A stretch of 64,000 bases of DNA from Candidatus Poribacteria bacterium. GTDB lineage: Bacteria; Poribacteria; WGA-4E; WGA-3G. Made by a program: the position numbers and the translations under genes. The notes beneath the pieces are model-generated. The model searched no databases. It saw nothing but the letters and a program-made list of their open reading frames with translations, and was not told where the DNA came from. Shown here piece by piece: positions 38,775 to 48,265 of the stretch (the stretch's first letter is position 1; every line of letters begins with the position of its first letter). The stretch spans positions 5,120,001 through 5,184,000 of the forward strand of contig OZ243938.1 of the NCBI GenBank assembly GCA_965214095.1, read 5' to 3'.

Positions 38775-39042
38775 TAGTTTGGACAATTTCTCTCGGTTGC
38801 ATACTGATATTTCTAGCATTTTCAACATTTTGTGAGTTTTCAATAGGATAATAACTTGACGAAAATGAGTTAGAATATCAAAATGAGCAGCCCCAGCGGG
38901 GCGAAATGTGTCCAGCACATCGTGACAAAACGATTTATAGCCCCAGCGGGGCGACAGGTGTATCATTGAAGGAATAGGTCCGATGACTGTGATGCTCCTT
39001 GTCCAGACTATTATTCAAGTCTATAAAAAACTGTCCAAACTA
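38775..39042. mobile_element. TA-flanked MITE (TAGTTTGGACA/TGTCCAAACTA) containing nested 159-bp element at 38852-39010
   Basis: Perfect 11-bp TIR with TA on both sides. The inner element matches 8619-8777. An isolated similar end lies near 15451. Confidence 0.72.
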
Positions 39043-39212
39043 TAGTTTAATGTAAGAGGCGCGATAAATTGCGCGACTACAAGCCTGTCTTTTGTTGTTG
39101 TTGTGATGCGTTGTCATTTGATTATTGATGGGTAATATTATATGTTATGGTGGGATGGGTGTGTAGGGTTTTTTGGGGAGGAACAATGGATGACCAAGTA
39201 ATTTGGGGGTGG

Positions 39213-39378
39213 ATTTGTTTGAATCTGGATTTGCAGGATTAGTAGATTTTCAGGATTAGGGTTTGGTATATCGTATGTTCTTTGCAATGAAGAAACTTCT
39301 ATTTTTGATTGGCAGTTTGGAGAGACAAACTCATAATCCTGCAAATCTACTAATCCTGAAAATCCTGGTTCAGACAAT
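39213..39378. repeat. Inverted pair of AATCCTG(AA)-periodic repeats
   Basis: 9-nt periodic AATCCTGAA/AATCTACTA units ending GGTTCAGACAA. Also at ~14020-14062, 38505-38548 and 63886-63978. Confidence 0.7.
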
Positions 39379-39484
39379 TAAGGGTGGTTGAGGTTAGGGT
39401 GTGTGGAAGGTGTATCTTTACTAATCTAACGATGATGATCTTTAGTATTCGATAATCAGTAAGGAGACTGTCTTTCTATCACTG

Positions 39485-41578
39485 CTATTGCTGAGGAGGC
39501 GTTAACATTGCGGCGATGTCTGCGGGGATTTTAATGTTGTTTTTCTGTTCAAAGTCTTTAACATTTTCATAGTCGTTATGGAATGACTGGATAATATCAT
39601 AACCCATGTTTTTCGCAGTCGTGAGGTCTGATTTGGCTTTTTCCCATTCTTGAAGATGCATCCAAGATTCGCCGCGATTGCAGTAGGATTCATAATCCTC
39701 TGGATTTAGTTCAATCGCCTTGTCATAGTCTTGAATTGCTCTATCATAATCCCCCATTTCCGAGTAAGTAAGACCTCTGATATTATATGCTATATCGTCC
39801 TCTGGATTTAGTTCTAACGCCTTGCCATAGTCTTGTATTGCGCTATCATGATCACCTTTTTCTGAGTAAGCAATACCACGTTTGATATATGCTCTACTAT
39901 CCCCTGGATTCAGTTCTATCGCCTTGGTGAAGTCTTGCATTGCGTTTTCATAATCATCTATTTTCGCATAAGCATTACCACGGTTGAAATATGCCTTAGT
40001 ATCATCAGGATTCAGTTCAATCACTTTACTAAAGTCTTGAATTGCGCTTTCATAATCCCCCATTACCGCGTAAGTAAGACCTCTGATACTATATGCTATA
40101 TCGTCCTCTGGATTTAGTTCTAACGCCTTGCCATAGTCTTGTATTGCGCTATCATTATCACCTTTTTCTGAGTAAGCAATACCACGTTTGATATATGCTC
40201 TACTATCCCCTGGATTCAGTTCTATCGCCTTGTTATAGTCTTGAATTGCTCTATCATAGTCCTCTTTTTTAGCGTAAGCATAACCACGGTTGTTATATGC
40301 TCTACTATCCTCCGGATTCAGTTCTATCGCCTTTCCAAAGTCTTGAATTGCGTTTTCATAATCATCTATTTTCGCATAAGCATTACCGCGTTTGATATAT
40401 GCTTTACTATCCTCTGGATTCAGTTCTATCGCCTTTCCAAAGTCTTGTATTGCAAGATCAACTCTTCCTTCACCTGCATAAACAAGTCCTCGACTGTGAT
40501 AAACTTCGTAGAATTCTGGATCAAGTTCAATTACCGTGTTAAAATCTTTGAGAGCCTGATCGGAATCTCCTTTAAGGAAAGAAACACTCCCGCGTAAACA
40601 CTGCACAGCAACATTTGATGGGTTTGACTCTATTACTTTACTAAAATCCTCAATAGATTGATCCCAATCTTTCTTAACAAAGTAAGCCATCCCTCGATAT
40701 CGATATATATCAGAATAATTTGGATCCAGATGAATCACTGTGGTGAAATCCTCAATTGCGCTATCTACATCTCCCATGCTGGCGTAGATAATCCCTCGAT
40801 TCCTATAGCTTTTCAGGAAATCCGGCTTCAACGTTATTGCTTGAGTATAATACTTTATAGCTTCAGCAGCAGCATTTTCCTTTTCAACAGAGTCTGCTTT
40901 TCTGCCGATATTCTGCAAGGACAATCCACTGTAATATTTAGTGTAGGCATCTCGATGTATTTCCTGTTTTCTTATGAAACTGTAAAGATCGTTTAACACT
41001 GTATCTGTTGAGATGTCGTGTTCTCGCCTGAGATGTTGTAGTAGTGGTTGTTTGAGATTGGCTGGAATAGTGACAATCTGGGATTCGTCTGGTTCAATGA
41101 ACCCTTGTGGTGACTGGACAAATACTATTCCTTGGTTACTGACACGATGTCGTGGATTTTTAGGCTTTAGCATCCAGTCTTTAATCGTCTCAGTTTTCTG
41201 CACAATAACTCTACCATCTTTAGCAGCTGCCCCATAGCAAGCAAAGAAGAGTGCTATCAAATGGTTAGACGTGAAGTCTATCAGATTGGTTTTGCCACCG
41301 TAGTGTTGGAGTTCAGCTAAGATATCTAAGTCGTCCTTTTTGTAAAGATACTGTTTGGCTTCATCTATCATATCTCTTTGAACGAGTTCCAGATCGATCA
41401 ACTCTACATCACAATCGGCAAATTCTCTATAAAGACTTGAGGAGACTTTACCAGCATTTTCTGACTCACCACGATAGATACATTCACTATCAGCCGATAT
41501 TGTCTCTATCTCTTCAATGACTTCAAGAGCAGCGTCTTGTTGGTTGTCTTGAGAATTTTGTTTCTTTAGCATGTTCAT
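39485..41578 (-). CDS. FRG domain - TPR repeat protein (long TPR array)
   Basis: IYRGE, LQHYGGKTNLIDFT...IALFFAC, then about 12 TPRs (AY.NRG.AY....DY..AIQDF.KAIELNP). Confidence 0.88.
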   Translation of the reverse strand: MNMLKKQNSQDNQQDAALEVIEEIETISADSECIYRGESENAGKVSSSLYREFADCDVELIDLELVQRDMIDEAKQYLYKKDDLDILAELQHYGGKTNLIDFTSNHLIALFFACYGAAAKDGRVIVQKTETIKDWMLKPKNPRHRVSNQGIVFVQSPQGFIEPDESQIVTIPANLKQPLLQHLRREHDISTDTVLNDLYSFIRKQEIHRDAYTKYYSGLSLQNIGRKADSVEKENAAAEAIKYYTQAITLKPDFLKSYRNRGIIYASMGDVDSAIEDFTTVIHLDPNYSDIYRYRGMAYFVKKDWDQSIEDFSKVIESNPSNVAVQCLRGSVSFLKGDSDQALKDFNTVIELDPEFYEVYHSRGLVYAGEGRVDLAIQDFGKAIELNPEDSKAYIKRGNAYAKIDDYENAIQDFGKAIELNPEDSRAYNNRGYAYAKKEDYDRAIQDYNKAIELNPGDSRAYIKRGIAYSEKGDNDSAIQDYGKALELNPEDDIAYSIRGLTYAVMGDYESAIQDFSKVIELNPDDTKAYFNRGNAYAKIDDYENAMQDFTKAIELNPGDSRAYIKRGIAYSEKGDHDSAIQDYGKALELNPEDDIAYNIRGLTYSEMGDYDRAIQDYDKAIELNPEDYESYCNRGESWMHLQEWEKAKSDLTTAKNMGYDIIQSFHNDYENVKDFEQKNNIKIPADIAAMLTPPQQ

Positions 41579-41585
41579 TGTTCTT

Positions 41586-41646
41586 GGGAATCTGAATCCC
41601 TCCTACAGAAATTGGTTTATCGTTGGGGATCGGAGTTCACTCCTAC
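41586..41646 (-). repeat. Two tandem GTAG REP-like hairpins
   Basis: Minus strand GTAGGAGTGAACTCCGATCCCC and GTAGGAGGGATTCAGATTCCC. Relatives near 52628 and 61048-61103. Confidence 0.55.
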
Positions 41647-41652
41647 AGTCAA

Positions 41653-41952
41653 CTAACTGTCTAAGTTTCTTCCGTGCTTCATAATAGTGTCAACTATTAT
41701 ATTGCGTCTGCGTTGCTTAGTTTCCTTCACAGAAGTGAATGTGCTTTCTTCTGCATCACGTTTGACAGCATTGGATATCGCATTACGCAATTTATTTTTA
41801 CCATCTGTTGGAGTAATATCTATATCGGGGTTCTTTATAGCGTTGAAAACTGGATCGCTTAACATGTCTTGAACATCTCTTGAAGATAGGAATTCGTCTG
41901 TTTGCATACTCTTGCTTTCTGTGGAAATCGCTGCTGCTTTCTTGTTTGCCAT
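41653..41952 (-). CDS. Small hypothetical protein between the two FRG-TPR genes
   Basis: 99 aa, strong GGAGGGAGG RBS, upstream TTGACA-N17-TATATT (42065-42037). Confidence 0.7.
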   Translation of the reverse strand: MANKKAAAISTESKSMQTDEFLSSRDVQDMLSDPVFNAIKNPDIDITPTDGKNKLRNAISNAVKRDAEESTFTSVKETKQRRRNIIVDTIMKHGRNLDS

Positions 41953-42121
41953 TAGCCTCCCTCCATTTTAAAATGTAATTAATCACCAGAGAATCACTAT
42001 GAATCATTGGAATCGCATGTATTCGAATTTCAACAAAATATACATAATACTTGAAAAGATGTCAATATAATTTCATTGAATATGTGATCAGTTTCTATTT
42101 TAGATATTGGTAACGGTGTAA

Positions 42122-43831
42122 TCATATATTTTCACTTTGCCTTAGGATCACTTTGATGTCCTCTTGTAATGTAATATCAGTGTTCTGTTCAAACGCTTCA
42201 ATGCTACCGAAATCGTCCTTGAATTTCTTAGCAACTTCTATCCCATTAGTTTCTGCGGATTTAAAGTTGTTCTCGGCTTCTTTCCAACGTTTTGATTTTA
42301 ACAAAACAGTGCCTCGATAGTAATAGGCATTACCGTCACTTGGATTAAGTTGTATGGCTCTGCCAAGGTCTTCAAGGGCTTCTTTCGAGTCGTCATTCTT
42401 CTGGTGTATTAAACCTCGGTTGATATAGGAACTAGTATCATCCGGATCCTTTTCTAATGCTTCGGTATAATTATCTATTGCCCCATCAAAATCACCCTTA
42501 CCAAAACTTGCAATGCCGAGGTCTATATATGCTTCAGTGAGGTCTGGATCAAGTTTCGTTGCCTTGGTGCTTTTGTCAATTGCAAGGTCTAAGTCTCCAC
42601 TGTTCAGATAGGCGTTCCCGAGTTGATTGTAAGCATCAGCATAGGCAGGATCAAGTTCTGTTGCATGGGCATAGTCTTCTATTGCCTTGTCAATATCACC
42701 CTTCCCATAGTGGATTAGACCTCGGTGGACATAAGTCTTAGCAAGATCTTGTTTTAGTCGTTTCGCTTTGCTGGGAAGATTTTCAGATTCAGTATCTATC
42801 ATCTCCTTCTTCATGTCAATTGCCTTGTTAAAGTCTTTTATTGCTAAGTCTACAACATTTTGACTGGAATCTTCTTCATCTAAATAGGCGATGCCGCGAT
42901 GGTGATGTGCCCAGAAGAGAATATCTATATCTGCGTCTTGTTCACCTGGTGGAGGGGATATAACTCTTGTATAGCAACTGATTGCTTCTAATCGCTCTCC
43001 CTTTTGATGTGCCTTAATACCTTGCTGTAGATAACCTTCGGCATCAGGTTTAAACTCCTGTTTACTTTGGACATGTAATCTTGCGAAACCATCAGCATCA
43101 GGATAGATCGTTGCGTCAGTAAGACCAACGACTTTATCTAAGGTTCTCAGTAGGTCTTCTTTACCGTCCTTTTTGATGACACATTCATCTGCGGGTTCAA
43201 TTTTAGCACCACCGAAGATGAACACTGATTGCTGAGCAATAATACGATTGTTCTGACGTTTCGGTTGCCATTGGTAAAGCGGATATCTGTTATTATTGTC
43301 CACCTTAAAGAAGTGTTCAATCTTCTTATCTTCTAACAAATCGGAAGTAATTGTTCTGTATCGTGATGGATCGTCAACACGAACTGCATAGACTTTTCCA
43401 TCTACTTCTTCCTTTTCGTCGTTTGTGTTCTCAACACCAAGATTGTTCTCATTGTTTAAGTCTTCTTCTTTGGTGGTGGTTTGTTCACAAGCGAACCAAA
43501 GTGCAACGAGTGCGTTACTGGTGAAATCTATTAGACAAGTGGCTGCACGAAAGTGTTGTAGTTCTGATAATAACGGCAGATCGGAAAGCCGCTCTCTGCT
43601 CAATTGATCGTGTCCCAGAAGACGAGCTTTCTCTATCAATTCCTGATTAATTTTGAGAAGTCTGACAGGATTATTCCTGCCAGTATTTGGTAGACGGCGA
43701 CTGGCAGATGGCTCAATTTTGTATGTCTTATCTGGCACACCACGGAATAGATATTGACCGTCGTTGAATTGTTCTGCCCATTTCAGAAAACCGCCGAGTG
43801 TTCTAACCCGACCTGGCACTTTTTTCGCCAT
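42122..43831 (-). CDS. FRG domain - TPR repeat protein
   Basis: LFRGV, LQHFRAATCLIDFTSNALVALWFAC, RIIAQQSVF, IYPD, then about 7 TPRs. AAGGAG RBS. Confidence 0.88.
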   Translation of the reverse strand: MAKKVPGRVRTLGGFLKWAEQFNDGQYLFRGVPDKTYKIEPSASRRLPNTGRNNPVRLLKINQELIEKARLLGHDQLSRERLSDLPLLSELQHFRAATCLIDFTSNALVALWFACEQTTTKEEDLNNENNLGVENTNDEKEEVDGKVYAVRVDDPSRYRTITSDLLEDKKIEHFFKVDNNNRYPLYQWQPKRQNNRIIAQQSVFIFGGAKIEPADECVIKKDGKEDLLRTLDKVVGLTDATIYPDADGFARLHVQSKQEFKPDAEGYLQQGIKAHQKGERLEAISCYTRVISPPPGEQDADIDILFWAHHHRGIAYLDEEDSSQNVVDLAIKDFNKAIDMKKEMIDTESENLPSKAKRLKQDLAKTYVHRGLIHYGKGDIDKAIEDYAHATELDPAYADAYNQLGNAYLNSGDLDLAIDKSTKATKLDPDLTEAYIDLGIASFGKGDFDGAIDNYTEALEKDPDDTSSYINRGLIHQKNDDSKEALEDLGRAIQLNPSDGNAYYYRGTVLLKSKRWKEAENNFKSAETNGIEVAKKFKDDFGSIEAFEQNTDITLQEDIKVILRQSENI

Positions 43832-43903
43832 TTACCCATTCTCTCCTTTATGTTAATGATACCACAGGTTTCCATTTAATTGCCATAAAATGTTACAAAT
43901 CAA

Positions 43904-43939
43904 GTGTGTAAAGTTTTTGACATGAACCACTTTACACAC
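43904..43939. promoter_or_regulatory. Perfect 11-bp inverted repeat upstream of FRG-TPR gene
   Basis: GTGTGTAAAGT-N14-ACTTTACACAC in the divergent intergenic region. Confidence 0.45.
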
Positions 43940-43959
43940 CCTTCAGACTAATAGAAATA

Positions 43960-44025
43960 CAAACACATAATGAAATTAACGTTAGTGAATAATATTGAAC
44001 AAAAATCCTAAAACTAAATATCCTG
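43960..44025. mobile_element. Right half of CAG-ended MITE
   Basis: AAACACATAATGAAATTAACGTTAGTGAATAATATTGAACAAAAATCCTAAAACTAAATATCCTG matches the reverse complement of 13886-13950. Confidence 0.65.
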
Positions 44026-44179
44026 CTTCAGATATTACAAATTTGACAAAATTAACCCTTTAATGCCATAATTGCGTCACCTTAAGTAACACAGAGTGAT
44101 TTGATCTAACGCATTTTCGTTTAACAGTGACTTCGGTGTAAACTACCTACTCATTACACACCGAAAGGAGGAAATGTAA

Positions 44180-45343
44180 ATGGACACTAACGATACACCA
44201 ACTGCGGAAACCTATCGTGCAAACGCATTTGCAGATTTCAATCCAGAACATTCAGCACCGGGTGCAACACCAGAACGATTAGAACACTTGAAGGAACACG
44301 GGTTTGTCATTATCAATGACTTTGTTGACAACCCTTGGATTCCGAAACTACGGGAGGCAGGACGGCGTGTCACCGAAGCATGTGCACCTGAAAACAAATA
44401 TGATGTAATTGACTGCTCAAAAGGGTATGTCCATCGGACAGGACAAGAACAACCGTGGGCAATTCGCGGGATTATACATCCTGCTTTTGAAGAACCCAGC
44501 TTTAATGAATTTCACGGTTCTACTGATTTCTTAGATTTTGTCGCATCTTGGTGTGATGGACTTCAACCGGAAGACCTTACGTTTAGAGGCACGCTACTAT
44601 GGGCAAATCCACGCACACACGAGAATAAACTCGGTTGGCACAGAGATGTAACGTGGTGGGGAACAGGAAAAGCATACTTCGCACAACGTGAAGTGCGAGG
44701 GGACGGACCTGAAGCATATTCTGAAGAGGTTGAGAGGATCCGTTGGAAAGAAATTCAGGAAAATAACGCTAAGAACCTCAAAGAACGTAATGGCGTGAGT
44801 ATGTTTTTGGCTTTGGCTGATGACGAATGTCATGAGCTTGTTCCCGGCAGTCATGACCGATGGAGAACTCCGTTTGAACATGATGTGCTGCTGCCGAAAA
44901 ACATGAAAGATGCAGGTATACCGTATACACCCAGTTGGAATGGCAGTGACCCATTACCCAGTCAAGTAGCAATTCGCCTAAAGGCAGGGGAAGCATTGAT
45001 TCGAAACGGAGCAACAATACATACGGGACATACCGTTCCTGAACGCGAACGCAATACCTTGTCTATCGGATGGTCAAAATGGTCAGGAGAATCTGAAGAC
45101 GAACCTTCAGTGACAGATGTACGGCATGCATGGCAACTTGATCCAGCAGTCAGAGAATCATTGCCACACAAATGGATGCAGACTGCATGGGACCGCTGGG
45201 CAGCAACCCAAAAACTCGGTGATACACTTGAAGATCGTTATACAGGTTATGACATCAATCACATTAAATCTGGCATGGTACTCGGTTGGCGGGGAGAACT
45301 GGAACAGCAAGCAGCTGCAGCTGCGACTGAGGACTCTGAATAA
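44180..45343 (+). CDS. Phytanoyl-CoA dioxygenase-like Fe(II)/2OG dioxygenase
   Basis: LKEHGFVII, WHRD, LVPGSH, LKAGEALI......H. AGGAGG RBS. Confidence 0.78.
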   Translation: MDTNDTPTAETYRANAFADFNPEHSAPGATPERLEHLKEHGFVIINDFVDNPWIPKLREAGRRVTEACAPENKYDVIDCSKGYVHRTGQEQPWAIRGIIHPAFEEPSFNEFHGSTDFLDFVASWCDGLQPEDLTFRGTLLWANPRTHENKLGWHRDVTWWGTGKAYFAQREVRGDGPEAYSEEVERIRWKEIQENNAKNLKERNGVSMFLALADDECHELVPGSHDRWRTPFEHDVLLPKNMKDAGIPYTPSWNGSDPLPSQVAIRLKAGEALIRNGATIHTGHTVPERERNTLSIGWSKWSGESEDEPSVTDVRHAWQLDPAVRESLPHKWMQTAWDRWAATQKLGDTLEDRYTGYDINHIKSGMVLGWRGELEQQAAAAATEDSE

Positions 45344-45375
45344 TACCATCACATTCGTCTGAAGGGAACGATATT

Positions 45376-45605
45376 CATAGATGTCAATTTAGCGTCCTTC
45401 CCGTGCCGGTAGGTTCGGTTTCCTAACCGAACCATGGGCGTCAATTTAGCGTCCTTCCAAGTGCCGGTAGGTTCGGTTTCCTAACCGAACCGGGTTTGCG
45501 TCAAACTCTTTGATAGAGGGTTCCCGCGGCAGATCCGGTTCGGTTTCCTAACCGAACCTACCGGTCTGGGATTATAGCGAAATTCCCCTCAAATTGATGC
45601 CTATG
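45376..45605. mobile_element. CAT-ended MITE, self-nested (two left ends at 45376 and 45433, one right end)
   Basis: CATAGATGTCAATTTAG and CATGGGCGTCAATTTAG; right end AAATTGATGCCTATG. The second left end directly follows GTTCGGTTTCCTAACCGAAC. Confidence 0.75.
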
Positions 45606-45627
45606 GGACAAAAACGATATAAACTCA

Positions 45628-46725
45628 TCACTTTATCACTGGGACTTTACGCCATCCTTGTCCCTGTGTGAACTCTCGCACACTCAAACACCATATCACA
45701 ACTCGTTTTCCTTTCATATTATCGCGCCTACGAAACAGATTCAATCGTGATGGTGTTGCGCCAGAACCACGAACCGCTACTACATCAGCAGAAAATCCGA
45801 GTTGATGTGCAAGATGGTCTGGTAAACCTGACGATTGCGCATGCATGTCTCCACCCAGATGAAAAACAAGATTATGGCTGTCTCCTAATAGAACAATTGG
45901 ACTCTCACGCCATGATGTGCCGAACGGTTTAGTATCTGCAATTGATTTAGCATCCTCTTTGACATAACTCAGTTGTAATTGTTCCTTTGGCATTTCCTTA
46001 TGACCGAGTTCTTTCCAAAGATCTCCTGTGATTTCAATAGTTCGTGTTTCAATTGTCCCTTTACGTTTTGGAATTGCGTCAATCCAAGACGGTTTTCCTA
46101 TCCTTTTCGCAATCGCCTTCGCTGCAAGAACACACGCAAAGCTTGACCAGTGCGTATCCTGCTTGCAAAATAGATCACCAGCATCGGTGTAACGATTCTG
46201 AAGAAAAAGATCGGTTAGATCCAATACGTTTACACCATGTTCCCGTAAAATGTCATAGAAATCAATATGATGTTTGTCAGTGCGTATCGTCTTACTATAA
46301 TCAGAAATCAACTCAGGATAAATGGTAGCCTTTGCAGGAATCGGAACGAAAATCAAATCTATCCCAACAGTATCCAATTGTGCTTTAAAATCAAGAATTG
46401 CTGGGAGTGGATCCGCATACTCAAGATTTGATGCTTGACTAACATCCTTCGCAGCGTCTCCCCAAAATTGTCCAACAAGTAAATGTCGTAACTCAGGAAT
46501 AAAAAACAACCAGTCCTGCTTACCTGTTACCACTGAAGTGTTTTGTTCCTGTGCGTGATTCACTTTTTCAGTTAACGATTGCCAAAATATATCATGTCCA
46601 ACTAATTCGGTTTCACATTCAATCAATTCGCATGTGAACAGAAAAAGTGAAAGAATCAACATCAGCAATCTACTTGCATTTGAAATTATCACGGTAATTC
46701 TCCCCAAAAGAGATCCAATAACCAT
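45628..46725 (-). CDS. AlgX/AlgJ-type SGNH O-acetyltransferase
   Basis: GKQDWLFF, PIPAKATIYPE, KQDTHWS (DxH), LLGDSH. Start uncertain (possibly 46662). Confidence 0.82.
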   Translation of the reverse strand: MVIGSLLGRITVIISNASRLLMLILSLFLFTCELIECETELVGHDIFWQSLTEKVNHAQEQNTSVVTGKQDWLFFIPELRHLLVGQFWGDAAKDVSQASNLEYADPLPAILDFKAQLDTVGIDLIFVPIPAKATIYPELISDYSKTIRTDKHHIDFYDILREHGVNVLDLTDLFLQNRYTDAGDLFCKQDTHWSSFACVLAAKAIAKRIGKPSWIDAIPKRKGTIETRTIEITGDLWKELGHKEMPKEQLQLSYVKEDAKSIADTKPFGTSWRESPIVLLGDSHNLVFHLGGDMHAQSSGLPDHLAHQLGFSADVVAVRGSGATPSRLNLFRRRDNMKGKRVVIWCLSVREFTQGQGWRKVPVIK

Positions 46726-48263
46726 GTCTCTTCATTCTCCAATTCTATACGATTGTAGCTTTCGTATTCAGTTTGTACGGATGCCCAAGATCGCAGTCGT
46801 AACTCCACCCGCTGTCCGATTTTAAGGGATGTCGCTTCTGTCCATCTATTCTTACGCATACCCCACATAAACACAATCAGTTCATCTGGAAGTTCAGACG
46901 TATCTGAAGGTTCAATATGAAGAGCAATTAGACATTCAGTATATGGCACACTACCCGGAGAAGGCGGATCTGTTTTGTCTTTGATAGTAGCATTCACGAT
47001 GATCTCATTGTTAACCTCGGTCGTTTCTACCTGTTTACCCTCTGGTTTCGAATGTATTTCAGGGATCTGTAGTAGTTTCCAGTCACCTGAGAATAGTTCA
47101 CGCGCCGCAAATTGATATACGACCACACGTTTCCCCATGAGACGTTCCGGTTCCTTTACAAGCGTTTGCCGAGTTGTGAGTGAACCACCATCATTGACGA
47201 CAATCTTATCTACCGGACGGGAAAGTTCTGCACTGAGATGTTCAACGAAACCGGCTGATTTACCCCATCCCATCTCCGCAAGTGAATAGATATTACTGAA
47301 ACTATCACCGAGAAAAAGTATCTCTGCATTACGATCTGGTTTCCATGTTTCACCTGACTGAGTCTGGATTACATGTGTTGTGACATGCTCCTTTGGAAAC
47401 AATGCTTGGTTCTTACGAAGATTCAGCATTTTAGCGATGTCACCTATATTTATGACTTCAGTTGCCGTTTTGGTGTAAATAGCGTTAGGGTTATTGACGA
47501 ATTCCACATTTTCGGATATGAAAGCTGCAAGCTGTTTTGCCACATCTTCCATTGTTTCTGGCTTCCAATGCGTATCTGTTCTAAGATACTGAGCATTCTG
47601 TTGAGAAGCATCAAAAATATATGATGTTGGGTCATATACCAGAATATCATGAGAAGAGAGATTTGCAACTATTTCCGAATATGCTGGATTATAGATAGGT
47701 GAAGACAAGTTTTGGAATCGTTCAGAAAACTTATCTGAGTGGATAGAAGGTTTAACAGGTGTGGGCATTACAATCAGTTTGATGTTGCGTTCTGCTAACT
47801 GCCGTTTAAAATCTACAATCGCTTCAACTGCATTACCAGAGGAAGTTGTTTTGTCAGGCAAATTAAAATTAGTACTAATATTCGCTATTAGTGAGTCAAT
47901 ATCAGCACGGTAGAACAACCAACCATCACGACCTACATAAGCCTGTTCATTTCCTGTTCGAAATAGACTCGTCAAGAATGTCTGAACATTGGGTAACAAC
48001 CAATTCGTAAGTACGGATTCATTTTCTAATGTATCCTCAAATTCTTGAAAGGATTCACGTTTTAGATCAGAAATTACCCCGACTGTGCGAAAAACCTGTG
48101 GTAACTTACCCCGACTAATTTCGGATACAATCTGACAGAAAGGCACTGAAAGCAGCACAACACCAAAGACTATTAGTACAAATATGCACACGTCTCTCTT
48201 CACATTCGTGCTGCCAAGGTCTTTTATGGCTGTTTCTCTGCGGTGTTCTGCTAAGTTTCGCAT
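46689..48263 (-). CDS. AlgJ-type SGNH O-acetyltransferase with extra C-terminal domain
   Basis: N-terminal TM, GRDGWLFY, PTPVKPSI, RTDTHW, FLGDSFS, VVYQFAAREL. Confidence 0.82.
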   Translation of the reverse strand: MRNLAEHRRETAIKDLGSTNVKRDVCIFVLIVFGVVLLSVPFCQIVSEISRGKLPQVFRTVGVISDLKRESFQEFEDTLENESVLTNWLLPNVQTFLTSLFRTGNEQAYVGRDGWLFYRADIDSLIANISTNFNLPDKTTSSGNAVEAIVDFKRQLAERNIKLIVMPTPVKPSIHSDKFSERFQNLSSPIYNPAYSEIVANLSSHDILVYDPTSYIFDASQQNAQYLRTDTHWKPETMEDVAKQLAAFISENVEFVNNPNAIYTKTATEVINIGDIAKMLNLRKNQALFPKEHVTTHVIQTQSGETWKPDRNAEILFLGDSFSNIYSLAEMGWGKSAGFVEHLSAELSRPVDKIVVNDGGSLTTRQTLVKEPERLMGKRVVVYQFAARELFSGDWKLLQIPEIHSKPEGKQVETTEVNNEIIVNATIKDKTDPPSPGSVPYTECLIALHIEPSDTSELPDELIVFMWGMRKNRWTEATSLKIGQRVELRLRSWASVQTEYESYNRIELENEETWLLDLFWGELP

Positions 48264-48265
48264 AT

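Noticed and set aside
38496-39377. ORFs 38496-38738, 38506-38688, 38549-38767, 38772-38966 and 39138-39377
   Set aside because: They are built from MITE and AATCCTG repeat sequence with biased composition and no RBS.
39700-40450. Diversity-generating retroelement TR/VR pair in the TPR duplications or the sigma-WD40 twins
   Set aside because: No reverse transcriptase, both copies are coding, and mismatches are not confined to adenines.
38399-44033. Confident call of a composite transposon around the FRG genes
   Set aside because: No matching target duplication at the outer ends; kept only as a hypothesis in findings.
45376-45605. Repeated GGTTCGGTTTCCTAACCGAACC units as a CRISPR array
   Set aside because: The units are irregularly spaced, often inverted, dispersed across the window and have conserved rather than unique spacers. 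No cas genes.
45356-45625. 20-bp target duplication around the outer 45376-45605 element
   Set aside because: The flanks share only AACGATAT at non-equivalent offsets, so this copy is not counted as TSD evidence.
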